A stretch of 64,000 bases of DNA from Collinsella sp. (GCA_036550515.1 JAXKGF010000046.1:19462-83461); one strand, 5' to 3'. Positions 54,491 through 63,753 are shown, counted from the stretch's first letter. Notes: generated by a model from the sequence alone, not told the origin. Numbers and translations: made by a program.

Positions 54491-55787
54491 CCTCGCCAGC
54501 CGCCTCGCCGCATCTGAGTCCGCATCGTCCACCATCCTCGCCAAGGATCGAACGCTTTCCTGCGACACCCGCCAAACGGGACTCAACAACAACGCACTTG
54601 TGATCGGCCCCTCGGGAGCCGGCAAGACCCGAAACGTCCTCAAGCCCAACCTGCTGCAAATGAACGCAAGCTACATCGTGCTCGACACCAAAGGCACGCT
54701 CTGTCGCGAAGTGGGACCCGCGCTGGCAGCCCACGGCTACCGCGTGCAATGTCTCAACTTCGCCGACCTCAACGCCGTCCCGGCCCTTGCGCCCGGCATC
54801 GAGCGCTGCGGCTACAACCCCCTGAGGCACATTCGCCGCAAGGCGGACGGCAGGCCCAACCAGCAGGACATCCTCTCGGTGGCAAAGGCCATCTGCCCCA
54901 TCGAGGACAACAACCAGCCATTTTGGGATCATGCGGCGGCAAACCTGCTGTCGTGTCTTATCGCCTACGTCACCGAACAGCTACCCGCCGACGAGCAGAC
55001 GATCAGCTCGGTCATCAAGCTGATCGAGCACCTGCAGGACGGTGCCACGGGTCGATTGTTTGACGACCTGATCACGATCGACCCCCAAAGCTATGCCCTC
55101 TCGCTATGGCGGCGCTACGCCATTACGCAAAATGCCGAGCGCATGCACGCGAGCATCGTCGGCATCCTTGCCGAAAAGGTCATGTGTCTGGGATTCGACG
55201 GTGCGGCACAGCTCTATCGTGAGTGCCATCAGGTGGACTTCGCTTCCATGGGACACACCCCCTGCGCCCTATTTGTAACCGTGGGCGATATTGACCGCAA
55301 TCTCGATCCGCTGACCGGCCTCTTTATTTCGCAGGCGTTTATGGGCCTCATTCGTGAGGCCGATAGGCAGCCCGACGGCAGCCTGCCCGTGCCCGTGCGC
55401 TTTATGCTCGATGACTTCGCAAATCTGCAGATCCCCCAGATCGACAACGTGCTCTCGATTATCCGAAGACGCAACATCTGGGCAACGCTGCTGCTGCAGT
55501 CGACCAACCAGCTCGATGCGCTCTATGGCGAGGCACGCGCACGCTCCATCATGGGCAACTGCGACACGCATCTGGTGCTGGCGTTCCAGGATCCCGAGAG
55601 TGCCCGGGTATTTTCCGACCGCGCCGACGCGCTGCCCAGCACGCTCATGGCGACGCCGATCGATCGCTCGTGGCTCTTTGTACGCGGTCGCACTCCCGAA
55701 CAGGTCGAGCGCTTTAGGCTCGAAGACCATCCGCTCTATGGGGAGCTGCCCGAGGCGCAGCGAGGCCATGCGGAGGCCAAGATCTAG
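54483..55787 (+). CDS. VirD4/TraG/TraD-type (type IV coupling protein-like) P-loop ATPase lacking N-terminal TM helices
   Basis: Walker A VIGPSGAGKTRN. TraG-D_C-like FMLDDFANLQIPQIDNVLSIIRRRNIWATLLLQSTNQLDALYGEARARSIMGNCDTHLVLAFQD. The ATG overlaps the ClpP-like stop (ATGTCTAA). Confidence 0.8.
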   Translation: MSNLASRLAASESASSTILAKDRTLSCDTRQTGLNNNALVIGPSGAGKTRNVLKPNLLQMNASYIVLDTKGTLCREVGPALAAHGYRVQCLNFADLNAVPALAPGIERCGYNPLRHIRRKADGRPNQQDILSVAKAICPIEDNNQPFWDHAAANLLSCLIAYVTEQLPADEQTISSVIKLIEHLQDGATGRLFDDLITIDPQSYALSLWRRYAITQNAERMHASIVGILAEKVMCLGFDGAAQLYRECHQVDFASMGHTPCALFVTVGDIDRNLDPLTGLFISQAFMGLIREADRQPDGSLPVPVRFMLDDFANLQIPQIDNVLSIIRRRNIWATLLLQSTNQLDALYGEARARSIMGNCDTHLVLAFQDPESARVFSDRADALPSTLMATPIDRSWLFVRGRTPEQVERFRLEDHPLYGELPEAQRGHAEAKI

Positions 55788-55859
55788 GCGCAGGGTTCTC
55801 GCAGCGCGCGGCGCCCCGGCGATGTTCCACAAAGGCCGTGCGCCCCGGGACTACGGCAA

Positions 55860-55896
55860 AGCAAAGGGGCCCGCATCCGATAGGATACGGGCCCCT
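55860..55896 (-). terminator. intrinsic terminator of pgi
   Basis: GGGGCCCG..CGGGCCCC stem followed on the minus strand by TTTGCTTTG. Confidence 0.7.
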
Positions 55897-55928
55897 GACT
55901 ATAAGGCGCGATGCGTTAACAGCAGCGA

Positions 55929-57623
55929 CTACTTGCGATGCGCGCGATAGAACTCGATGAGTGCCTGGGTCGAAGCGTCCTGCTCGGCCTTGGCGGTGTC
56001 GTCGTGGAAGGCCGGGGTGATCTGCTTGGCAAGCTGCTTGCCAAGCTCAACGCCCCACTGGTCGTAGGAGTCGATGCCCCAGACCGTGCCCTCGACAAAC
56101 GTGATGTGCTCGTACAGGGCGATGAGCTCGCCGAGCGCGAACGGGGTCAGCGTGTCGCCGAAGATCGAGGTCGTCGGGCGGTTGCCCTCAAAGCAGCGGG
56201 CCGGGACGATCTGCTCGGGCGTGCCCTCGGCACGAACCTCGTCGGCCGTCTTACCAAAGGCGAGCGCCTTGGTCTGGGCCAGGAAGTTGCCCAGGAACAG
56301 CTCGTGGACATCCTGGCCGCTGTCGGTCGCAGGGTTGGCAGTGTTGGCGAAGGCGATGAAATCGGCCGGAACCACCACGGTACCCTGGTGCAGCAGCTGG
56401 TAGAAGGCGTGCTGACCGTTGGTGCCGGGCTCGCCCCAGAAAATCTCACCGGTGTCGGAGGTCACGGCGCTGCCGTCCCAGCGGACGTGCTTGCCGTTGG
56501 ACTCCATGGTGAGCTGCTGCAGGTAGGCCGGGAAACGGTGCAGATACTGGCAGTACGGCAGCACGGCGTGGCTCTTGGAGCCGAAGAAGTTGACGTACCA
56601 GACGTTGAACAGACCCATCAGCGCGACGGCGTTGTTCTCGAGCGGCGTGTTGCAGAAGTACTCGTCGATGGCATGGAAGCCCTCGAGGAACTGCTGGAAA
56701 CGCTCGGGGCCGAGCACGACGATCAGCGACAGGCCCACGGCGGAGTCGACGGAATAGCGGCCGCCAACCCAGTTCCAGAAACCGAAGGCGTTGGCGGGGT
56801 CGATACCGAAGGCCTCAACCTTCTCGAGTGCGGTGGAGACGGCGACGAAGTGCTTTGCCACGGCCTCGGCGTTCTGCTCATCGGACCCGTCGATGGCACC
56901 CTGAGCCTTGAGCTGCTCGAGCATCCAGGTCTTGACCTCGCGAGCGTTGGTGAGGGTCTCGAGTGTGGTGAAGGTCTTGGAGACGATGATTACGAGCGTG
57001 GTCTCGGGATCCAAGCCCTTGAGCTTCTCGGCCTGGTCGTTGGGGTCGATGTTGGAGATGTAGCGGCAGTCGATACCGGCGTCGGCATAGGGACGCAGAG
57101 CCTCGTAAGCCATGACCGGGCCCAAATCGGAGCCGCCGATGCCGATGGACACCAGGTGCTCGATCTTTTTGCCGGTAACACCCTTCCACTCACCGGAGCG
57201 CACGCGCTCGGCGAAGGCATACATGCGGTCCAGGACCTCGTGCACGTCGGCGACGACGTCCTGGCCGTCGACGATGAGCTGGCCCTTCTCGGTTACCGGG
57301 CGGCGAAGCGCGGTGTGCAGGACGGCGCGGTCCTCGGTGGTGTTAATGTGCTCGCCGGAGAACATGGCGTCGCGGCGCTCCTCGAGCTTCACCTCGCGGG
57401 CAAGATCGCACAGCAGCTTGACGGTCTCATCGGTCACCAGGTTCTTCGAAAGATCGAAGTGCAGGTCACCGGCGTCAAAGCTCAGCTTGTTCACGCGGTC
57501 GGCGTCAGCAGCGAACCAGGCCTTGAGGTCGATACCATCGGCCTCAAGCTTCTCCTGATGAGCCTCGAGTGCCTTCCAAGCGGCAGTCGACGTAGCATCG
57601 ATAGGTGCGGCAACAGTTGCCAT
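55929..57623 (-). CDS. pgi: glucose-6-phosphate isomerase
   Basis: About 564 aa with classic PGI motifs ([35 protein letters not shown]). GAGGAGG RBS before ATG 57623. Confidence 0.95.
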   Translation of the reverse strand: MATVAAPIDATSTAAWKALEAHQEKLEADGIDLKAWFAADADRVNKLSFDAGDLHFDLSKNLVTDETVKLLCDLAREVKLEERRDAMFSGEHINTTEDRAVLHTALRRPVTEKGQLIVDGQDVVADVHEVLDRMYAFAERVRSGEWKGVTGKKIEHLVSIGIGGSDLGPVMAYEALRPYADAGIDCRYISNIDPNDQAEKLKGLDPETTLVIIVSKTFTTLETLTNAREVKTWMLEQLKAQGAIDGSDEQNAEAVAKHFVAVSTALEKVEAFGIDPANAFGFWNWVGGRYSVDSAVGLSLIVVLGPERFQQFLEGFHAIDEYFCNTPLENNAVALMGLFNVWYVNFFGSKSHAVLPYCQYLHRFPAYLQQLTMESNGKHVRWDGSAVTSDTGEIFWGEPGTNGQHAFYQLLHQGTVVVPADFIAFANTANPATDSGQDVHELFLGNFLAQTKALAFGKTADEVRAEGTPEQIVPARCFEGNRPTTSIFGDTLTPFALGELIALYEHITFVEGTVWGIDSYDQWGVELGKQLAKQITPAFHDDTAKAEQDASTQALIEFYRAHRK

Positions 57624-57822
57624 AGAGTCCTCCTCAGCATACGGGCGCACGCCTCCATGCGCCCGGACATTCAGATGCCACTATTCTAGCGCAGGTCAAG
57701 ACTACAATCAGCGAGCGTTGCCAATCGGCCCCCAAACGGCAACCGACCAAATAGGGACAGGCTTATTTTGGCAGGTCAAACGCTTTACCAACCAAAAATA
57801 ACCCGTCCTTTTATGGCAAATA

Positions 57823-58398
57823 TTAGGCCGCGGCGCAGACGCTACCGAGCAACTCACGCAGAGGAGACCCGATGCCCTCCAGCAGTTCGGGCGCGATAAT
57901 GGCAAAAACGGGAACCTCACCGGTGCCCACGACAGCAGGCACCTTGCCCTCCGAGAGAATGCATCCATAAGGGACAAAACCGTCTTCGCCGGCATCGAGC
58001 GCCGCCATGCGACGCGCGAGCTCGCGCGCAAAGCCAGCAGTATCGGCATCGCCAATCGCCAGGACAAAGTCCACGCCTTCGTCGGTCGCCAGGGCCACGG
58101 CTTCGTCGATCAGCTCGTCTCCCCCGTCGCCCTCAAACGAGCCGCAGCGAAAAAGCACGCGCTCGAGCAGGGCTCGATCAAGCGAGCCAAGTGCCGCCGA
58201 GACAAGCTCATCGCGCGTATGCTTGTCACCGCCCAACACGACCAGCGCCTTGGTGCCACCGTAGTGAGCGACCAATCGTCCGCACCAGCGAGCCACGTCT
58301 CCATCCGCAACAAGGCGCGTCGGCATACCAAACCCATAATTGACCATCTTTCCCACAACCCTTCCGTGCGTATAGGCGATATCAATCGTTAGGCTCAT
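57823..58398 (-). CDS. truncated/degenerate iron-containing alcohol dehydrogenase-like protein (possible gene remnant)
   Basis: 191 aa colinear with the N-terminal half of Fe-ADHs (FGMPTRLV.., KALVV.., DFVLAIGDAD where GGGS is expected, VPAVVGTGEV..IIAPELL). The C-terminal metal-binding half is absent. Confidence 0.4.
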   Translation of the reverse strand: MSLTIDIAYTHGRVVGKMVNYGFGMPTRLVADGDVARWCGRLVAHYGGTKALVVLGGDKHTRDELVSAALGSLDRALLERVLFRCGSFEGDGGDELIDEAVALATDEGVDFVLAIGDADTAGFARELARRMAALDAGEDGFVPYGCILSEGKVPAVVGTGEVPVFAIIAPELLEGIGSPLRELLGSVCAAA

Positions 58399-58497
58399 GC
58401 TACGAAGCGAGGTTTTCCGAGCTGTTTCGCACTCTTTAGAGCTGCGTTAAAACCCCGATGAAGCCGCGCGACCATACTTGCCAAAAAGGGACAGGTT

Positions 58498-58526
58498 TTG
58501 ACGGTGTCCGGTCGAGCAGGTATTAT
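58498..58526 (+). promoter_or_regulatory. sigma-70-type promoter of the Y-family polymerase operon
   Basis: TTGACG, 17 nt, TATTAT. Confidence 0.6.
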
Positions 58527-58541
58527 CGAACAAGTATTCGA
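58526..58541 (+). promoter_or_regulatory. LexA (SOS) box-like operator
   Basis: TCGAAC-AAGT-ATTCGA differs at one position from the actinobacterial TCGAAC-N4-GTTCGA. It abuts the -10 box. A second half-match, GAACATGTGTTT, lies at 58545-58556. Confidence 0.55.
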
Positions 58542-58571
58542 TAAGAACATGTGTTTGATGAAAGGACACGG

Positions 58572-60077
58572 ATGGCGCGCGGGCAGCACACCTACATCTG
58601 CATCGACCTCAAGACGTTTTATGCCAGCGTCGAGTGCGTCGACCGTGGGCTCGATCCGCTCACCACCAACCTGGTCGTTGCCGACGAATCGCGCGGACGC
58701 ACGACCATCTGCCTCGCCATCACGCAGGCCATGAAGGACTTAGGGATTCACAATCGCTGCCGCCTATTCGAGATTCCCGATGGCATCGACTACATCACGG
58801 CCGTACCGCGCATGCAGCACTACATGGAGGTGTCGGCGAAAATCTACGGCATCTATCTGGAATACGTCAGCCCCCAGGACGTGCACGTCTACTCCATCGA
58901 TGAGTGCTTTATCGACGTGACGCCCTATCTGGACCTCTATCACACAGATGCGGAAGGGCTCGCCTGCACGCTGCGCGACGAGGTCTTGGCGCGCACCGGC
59001 ATCACGGCGACGGTCGGCATCGGCCCCAACCTATTCCAGGCCAAGGTAGCACTCGATATCACCGCCAAGCACGTACCCAGCCGCATCGGCAAACTCGACG
59101 ACGAAACCTTTCGCAAAGAGATCTGGCCCCACCGCCCCATCACCGACATCTGGGGCATCGGCCCCGGCGTGGCAGCCCGACTCGAAAAGTATGGCGTCTA
59201 CGACCTGATGGGCGTCGCCGCACTCGACGAGAACTTGCTCTACGACGAACTTGGTGTCAATGCCGAATATCTTATCGACCACGCCTTCGGGCGTGAGCCG
59301 ACAACCATCGCCGATATCCAAGCCTATCGCCCGCAAGCGACCTCGACCACCACAGGGCAGGTGCTCTCGAAGGGCTATGCCTACGAGCAGGCCTACACCG
59401 TCTTGCGCGAGATGGTCGACAGTGCCGTGCTGGACTTGGTCGATAAGCACATGGTATGTGACAGCATCTCGCTCTTTGTGGGCTACGCGAGCGAGCGCGC
59501 CGACATACGCCGCCTTGACGCCAGCGGTACAGCGCAATATGTGGACGGATGCGGGCATCTGCGCTCGAGCACATCGAGTATCGAACCCACCGCAACCGCC
59601 GGCCCCGAGCTCGCGCCCCGTGCTCCCAAGCCCGTCCAGCGCGATGACGAACGGCGCCGCCTGGTGCGCGAAGCGCAGGCAATCGATGGCATCTTTGTGG
59701 GAGAGCATGGCGGCAAACCGCGCGGTGGCTATGCCGCACTCTTTGCGCACTCCAACGCCTCGCGAAAGCTACCCGAGCGCACCAATTCGTTTAAGAAGAT
59801 CATGGGCTATTTCGATGAGCTCTGGGCGCAGACTGTCGATCCCAAACGCCCGGTCAAACGCATCAACCTGGGATTTGGCAACCTCATGCCCGAGGAATTT
59901 GCCACTATCGACCTGTTTAGCGATGTTAAGGCGGATGAGCGCGAGCGCGACCTGGCACGCGCCGTCCTGGCCGTGAAAGGCAAGTACGGCAAGAACGCGC
60001 TCGTCAAGGGATTAAGCTTTACCGCCGGCGCCACCGCGCGCGAACGCAACGACCAAGTTGGAGGACACCGTGCCTAA
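58572..60077 (+). CDS. Y-family DNA polymerase (UmuC/UvrX/YqjW-like)
   Basis: YICIDLKTFYASVE and YSIDECFIDVT catalytic motifs. Its size and its pairing with a YolD-like gene also fit. Confidence 0.88.
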   Translation: MARGQHTYICIDLKTFYASVECVDRGLDPLTTNLVVADESRGRTTICLAITQAMKDLGIHNRCRLFEIPDGIDYITAVPRMQHYMEVSAKIYGIYLEYVSPQDVHVYSIDECFIDVTPYLDLYHTDAEGLACTLRDEVLARTGITATVGIGPNLFQAKVALDITAKHVPSRIGKLDDETFRKEIWPHRPITDIWGIGPGVAARLEKYGVYDLMGVAALDENLLYDELGVNAEYLIDHAFGREPTTIADIQAYRPQATSTTTGQVLSKGYAYEQAYTVLREMVDSAVLDLVDKHMVCDSISLFVGYASERADIRRLDASGTAQYVDGCGHLRSSTSSIEPTATAGPELAPRAPKPVQRDDERRRLVREAQAIDGIFVGEHGGKPRGGYAALFAHSNASRKLPERTNSFKKIMGYFDELWAQTVDPKRPVKRINLGFGNLMPEEFATIDLFSDVKADERERDLARAVLAVKGKYGKNALVKGLSFTAGATARERNDQVGGHRA

Positions 60078-60495
60078 ACCCAAACAACAGCCCGTGCGCC
60101 CGCCGACCGCCTTCGAGCGCCTGGCGGACCCCGAGGGCAGACGCCGCGCCGCCGACCCCAGCCTCACAGCCAACGGTGCCGTGCGCGCCAACCGCGCCGC
60201 ACAGTTTATGCCCTTTGCCGCCCTCACGGGATACTACGAACTCGTGCGCAAGCAGGAAATCACCGTCGAGCCAAAACGTGAGCTCACGGAAGAAAAAGCC
60301 CTCGTGCTTTCTAAAAAGCTCGAGGGTCTCAAACGTGGCGACTTGGTGCGCGTCACCTATTACGATACGTACGGCTATCGTAGCCGCACGGGCATTCTCG
60401 ACGAAGTGTTACCCGCATTCAAGCTGCTCAAACTCAGGGATATCGCCATCAACTTCGACGATATCCAAGGCATCGAGCTGCGTGGTCGAGTCTAG
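60070..60495 (+). CDS. YolD-like protein
   Basis: FMPFAALTGYYELV motif. GTG 60070 lies behind GGAGG and overlaps the polymerase stop; the track has TTG 60058. Confidence 0.7.
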   Translation: MPKPKQQPVRPPTAFERLADPEGRRRAADPSLTANGAVRANRAAQFMPFAALTGYYELVRKQEITVEPKRELTEEKALVLSKKLEGLKRGDLVRVTYYDTYGYRSRTGILDEVLPAFKLLKLRDIAINFDDIQGIELRGRV

Positions 60496-62990
60496 CAACG
60501 AGAACGCTTGCGCAAGACGAGAGCAATGCCAAGCACTGCGGCAGCTGCAACCAGCAATCCCAAGACCAGCGTGAGGGTCGAGTCGCCAGCGTGAGGCAGC
60601 GAGCCGTCCTTCGGAGTCTTCTTAGTGGTCGTCGAAACGGTCGTCGCGGTGCTGCTCGACTGGTCGTTGCCGCCCGTCTGGCTGCCACCAGGCTGATTGC
60701 CGCCACCCGGCTGCGAAGGATCGGTGGGTTCCGTCGGATCCGGAGTACCGGGATCAACCGGATTCTCCGAATTCTCCTTGCGCTGGATCCAGACCTGGCA
60801 ACCATAGAACGGGTTGGCGGTACCAAGGCACAGACCCTGGTTGGTCACCGCAAAGGTGCGCAGACCATGGTTATACGGATCGTTAAAGCCATTGGTCGTC
60901 AGCGTCGTAAAGTTCACGCCGTCCTCGGTCACATACATATCAAAGCCGCGCTCGGCATCGCGCAGGTAACACATGCACGTAAGGACACTCTGCAACTTCT
61001 TGAGGTTCTCCTCGCTCAGCAGCTTATCGAGCGCATCCTGAATATCGCTCGGCAGCTCGGTGCCATAGGCATCCTCGTACTGCTGCTTAAGGCTCTCATA
61101 GCTATCGAGCATGTCCTGATACTGGTCGGCAAAGGACTTGAAGTACGCGATCTCGCCATCGATCTTCTGGACATAAGCGGCGTCGTCCTCAAAGTCCTGG
61201 GACATCGTCGCGGCCTGATCGCAAAGACCGCCCGCGGCATCCTCCAGCGCATCGCTCAGATCGCCAAAGCCCTTAGCAACCTCGGTCTTCTCGTCATCGA
61301 CCTCGACGGCCTCGTTTGAATCATCGTCCGCAAGCGTGTTCACGGGAACGATGGGGTCGTCAGGCGATTTCTTGTCGAGCAGGTGATTGAGCAGGTCCCT
61401 AAGGCGCTGAACCTGAGAGTCCCACTCCTCGGGCGTCATATCGATAATGTCGCCATTGGAGAACTGGCCGATCGGCTCAAGCAGGCTCGCGGTATCAAAG
61501 GTACCGATATACAGCTTGCCGTCGAACTTCTGCATGCGCCAAATGTACTGGTTCTCGTTTCGGCCAAAGCCCGAAGTCAGGCCGGAAATACCGCCCTCGG
61601 GGAACATGTCGGTGCGATCGCCAACGACGAGCTCCATGTTCTCGTCCTTGTCCATGCGATAGATGTTAACCGACTGCTCAAGATTGGCATTCACAAACGA
61701 GCAGTCAACGCCACCCATGCTGCTCTTGCCGCCCTCTTCGGTGTTGGATTTGTTGAACAGGATGCGCTCGAGGGCAATCTCCTCGTCGTTGTATTCACCG
61801 ATATAGAGGTAGTCGTTGTAGACGATGAGGTTGGCAGCGCCAGAACGGGTACGGGCAGGATCGATGCCAAAGCAGTACTTTGCACCGTCCGTCTTCTGAT
61901 CGCCGACAATGGGAGTCCACGAATAGCTGCCGTCGGCATTCTTGTCGCCACGGACCATGGCAAACGACTGCATGGAATTATCATCGGGAGCGTTCTCGGG
62001 CGTACCGGTGCAGATGGTCGCATAGAGATGGCCATTGTACGAGACCATATCCCAAATGGCGCCGCCGTAGATGCTGTCCTGATAGCGAATCGCCGGATAG
62101 CCAAACAGCGTCTCCGAGTTGGCAATCTCGGTGAAGCTGTCCTGGCCCTTCGAGGGGTCAGACGACGTCAGGATTGTCGACACAAAATTACCGTTCGCGT
62201 CTTTACCCACATTACTGATGACGAGCTGGCCATCATGGACGCACATGCCGCGGATACCGGTAGAAATGCCCTGCTTGTAGGCAGCACCGTAATCCTGCAT
62301 GCTCGAAAGGCCCTGATAGACAACTTTGTACTCATCCGTCTTAGGATCGATCTCGTATACAGCAGGCAGGCCGCCTTTGCCGTCATTGGTCCTGACGCTG
62401 CCGCAGAAATAGAGCTTACCCTTATAGCTCACGGCATTGCGGAACAAAGGAGCGACGCCGTTGAGCGATTCAGAGAGTAGCAGCTTGGTCTCACCGGTCT
62501 TGGTATTGATCTTGACCAAGATGCCGCCGCTGTCCTTGTCGGCCGTGCCGTCCTCCTTCTGCTGTCCATAGAAGAAGGTACCGTTAAACATGGCCTCCAG
62601 CGTCAGGCGCATGGTTTCGACATCAAAGGAATCGCCCAGCGTGCTGTTCATGAGCGTCAGCGTGTTGCCCATCGCCGCATAGCAGGTGCCCACATAAAGC
62701 CAGTCACCATAGCTCGCAGCCGCCCAAGTGTAGCTCTGGCCGCGATCGCCTTCGTTGTTGGCCGTATTACCATCGGCGCCCGGAACGGCAACGGCACCGT
62801 TACCCTGGTAGTCGACGATGCCATCCGGCTGCGACGTTCCTACCGTAGGATGCGAGAGCTTCTCAAAGGAATACCCATTTCCCGCATTGTAGGTAACGGC
62901 ACCCGATGCGTCTTCGGCGTGCGCCGGCAGCGGCGATACCAAGATAGCGGCAAGCGCTGCCACCAAGCCAAGTGTTCCCACTCGTCTCAT
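60492..62990 (-). CDS. secreted, cell-wall-anchored surface protein (beta-propeller-like N-terminal region, LPHAG sorting signal)
   Basis: Signal peptide MRRVGTLGLVAALAAILVSPLPAHA. Recurrent ..G.LY.GT.. blade-like motifs and a Pro/Thr/Gly linker. C-terminal LPHAGDS plus a hydrophobic helix plus RKRSRC. Confidence 0.8.
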   Translation of the reverse strand: MRRVGTLGLVAALAAILVSPLPAHAEDASGAVTYNAGNGYSFEKLSHPTVGTSQPDGIVDYQGNGAVAVPGADGNTANNEGDRGQSYTWAAASYGDWLYVGTCYAAMGNTLTLMNSTLGDSFDVETMRLTLEAMFNGTFFYGQQKEDGTADKDSGGILVKINTKTGETKLLLSESLNGVAPLFRNAVSYKGKLYFCGSVRTNDGKGGLPAVYEIDPKTDEYKVVYQGLSSMQDYGAAYKQGISTGIRGMCVHDGQLVISNVGKDANGNFVSTILTSSDPSKGQDSFTEIANSETLFGYPAIRYQDSIYGGAIWDMVSYNGHLYATICTGTPENAPDDNSMQSFAMVRGDKNADGSYSWTPIVGDQKTDGAKYCFGIDPARTRSGAANLIVYNDYLYIGEYNDEEIALERILFNKSNTEEGGKSSMGGVDCSFVNANLEQSVNIYRMDKDENMELVVGDRTDMFPEGGISGLTSGFGRNENQYIWRMQKFDGKLYIGTFDTASLLEPIGQFSNGDIIDMTPEEWDSQVQRLRDLLNHLLDKKSPDDPIVPVNTLADDDSNEAVEVDDEKTEVAKGFGDLSDALEDAAGGLCDQAATMSQDFEDDAAYVQKIDGEIAYFKSFADQYQDMLDSYESLKQQYEDAYGTELPSDIQDALDKLLSEENLKKLQSVLTCMCYLRDAERGFDMYVTEDGVNFTTLTTNGFNDPYNHGLRTFAVTNQGLCLGTANPFYGCQVWIQRKENSENPVDPGTPDPTEPTDPSQPGGGNQPGGSQTGGNDQSSSTATTVSTTTKKTPKDGSLPHAGDSTLTLVLGLLVAAAAVLGIALVLRKRSRC

Positions 62991-63262
62991 AAGGTTATAG
63001 CCTCCCCTGTCCTAAAGCCCAGTTTTAGCATTCTTCATTTCTGTCCACGGTTAATTGCAATCTGAGCACAGCAATAATCAGTGTATAAATATACACCTGT
63101 AATTTTTTGGACGGGTTCATAGATGCTCGATTGGTAGCGAATTCCGCGCAAACCGTCACCAAACTCCACTTTTGCCGCATCTAAAGGTTATTTTTGCGCA
63201 AATTTTTGGATGCCGATAGTCACAATGGGCAGGAGGCTGGTACCCACCGGAGAGGGCAACGC

Positions 63263-63646
63263 CTACATTTTCATAACGTAATAGCCCGCACCCCTCACTG
63301 CCGTCTCGAGTGTGTCGCGATCAACCGGGCGCTTCGAGCGCACGCGTGCCGTGTGGTCCGCGTACGTTACCGTAGCCCACACGCCATCAAGCGCATTGAG
63401 GGCATTCGTCACATTCCGGGCGCAGCCGTCGCAACTCATGCCGCCGATAAGGAGTTCCTCACGATAGGGGTAGTGGGACTCGTCGGTGTCTGCCACCACA
63501 ACCTTTTTGGCCTTCTTGCCGCTCGCATCATCGCTGCAGCAACTCTTCCCGTGTGTCGAAGCGGCAATGCGACGCAGTCCAAAAAACATGCCGACGGCAA
63601 TGACGGTCAGCACGATGAGATTCGCAGGGTTGAGCAAGTCACTCAT
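63263..63646 (-). CDS. membrane-tethered heavy-metal-associated (HMA/CopZ-like) domain protein
   Basis: N-terminal TM (LIVLTVIAVGMFFGL), a Cys-rich CCSDD stretch, and an HMA motif GGMSCDGCARNV. AAAGGGGAA RBS before ATG 63646. Confidence 0.8.
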   Translation of the reverse strand: MSDLLNPANLIVLTVIAVGMFFGLRRIAASTHGKSCCSDDASGKKAKKVVVADTDESHYPYREELLIGGMSCDGCARNVTNALNALDGVWATVTYADHTARVRSKRPVDRDTLETAVRGAGYYVMKM

Positions 63647-63674
63647 GCATTCCCCTTTCAGTAGCACTATCTAG

Positions 63675-63691
63675 ATACCCCCATGGGGTGT
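63675..63691. promoter_or_regulatory. CsoR-type operator-like palindrome
   Basis: ATACCCC-CAT-GGGGTGT resembles the ATACCCC-N3-GGGGTAT CsoR boxes. It lies 29 nt upstream of the HMA gene start. Confidence 0.45.
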
Positions 63692-63753
63692 CCCCATCTT
63701 AACCCAAAATCATGTCCGTTCGGTCAATTAGTTTTCCTCTTCAAACTTTTTTG

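Noticed and set aside
55938-57689. 583-aa ORF on the plus strand spanning the whole pgi locus
   Set aside because: It is exactly antisense to a textbook pgi. Its Ala/Gly/Val/Leu/Asp-rich composition and lack of motifs are typical of shadow ORFs in high-GC DNA.
63082-63097. GTGTATAAATATACAC palindrome upstream of the surface-protein gene as an operator
   Set aside because: It is a single AT-rich 7-bp half-site palindrome in an AT-rich promoter region. There is no second copy or known consensus to support a call.
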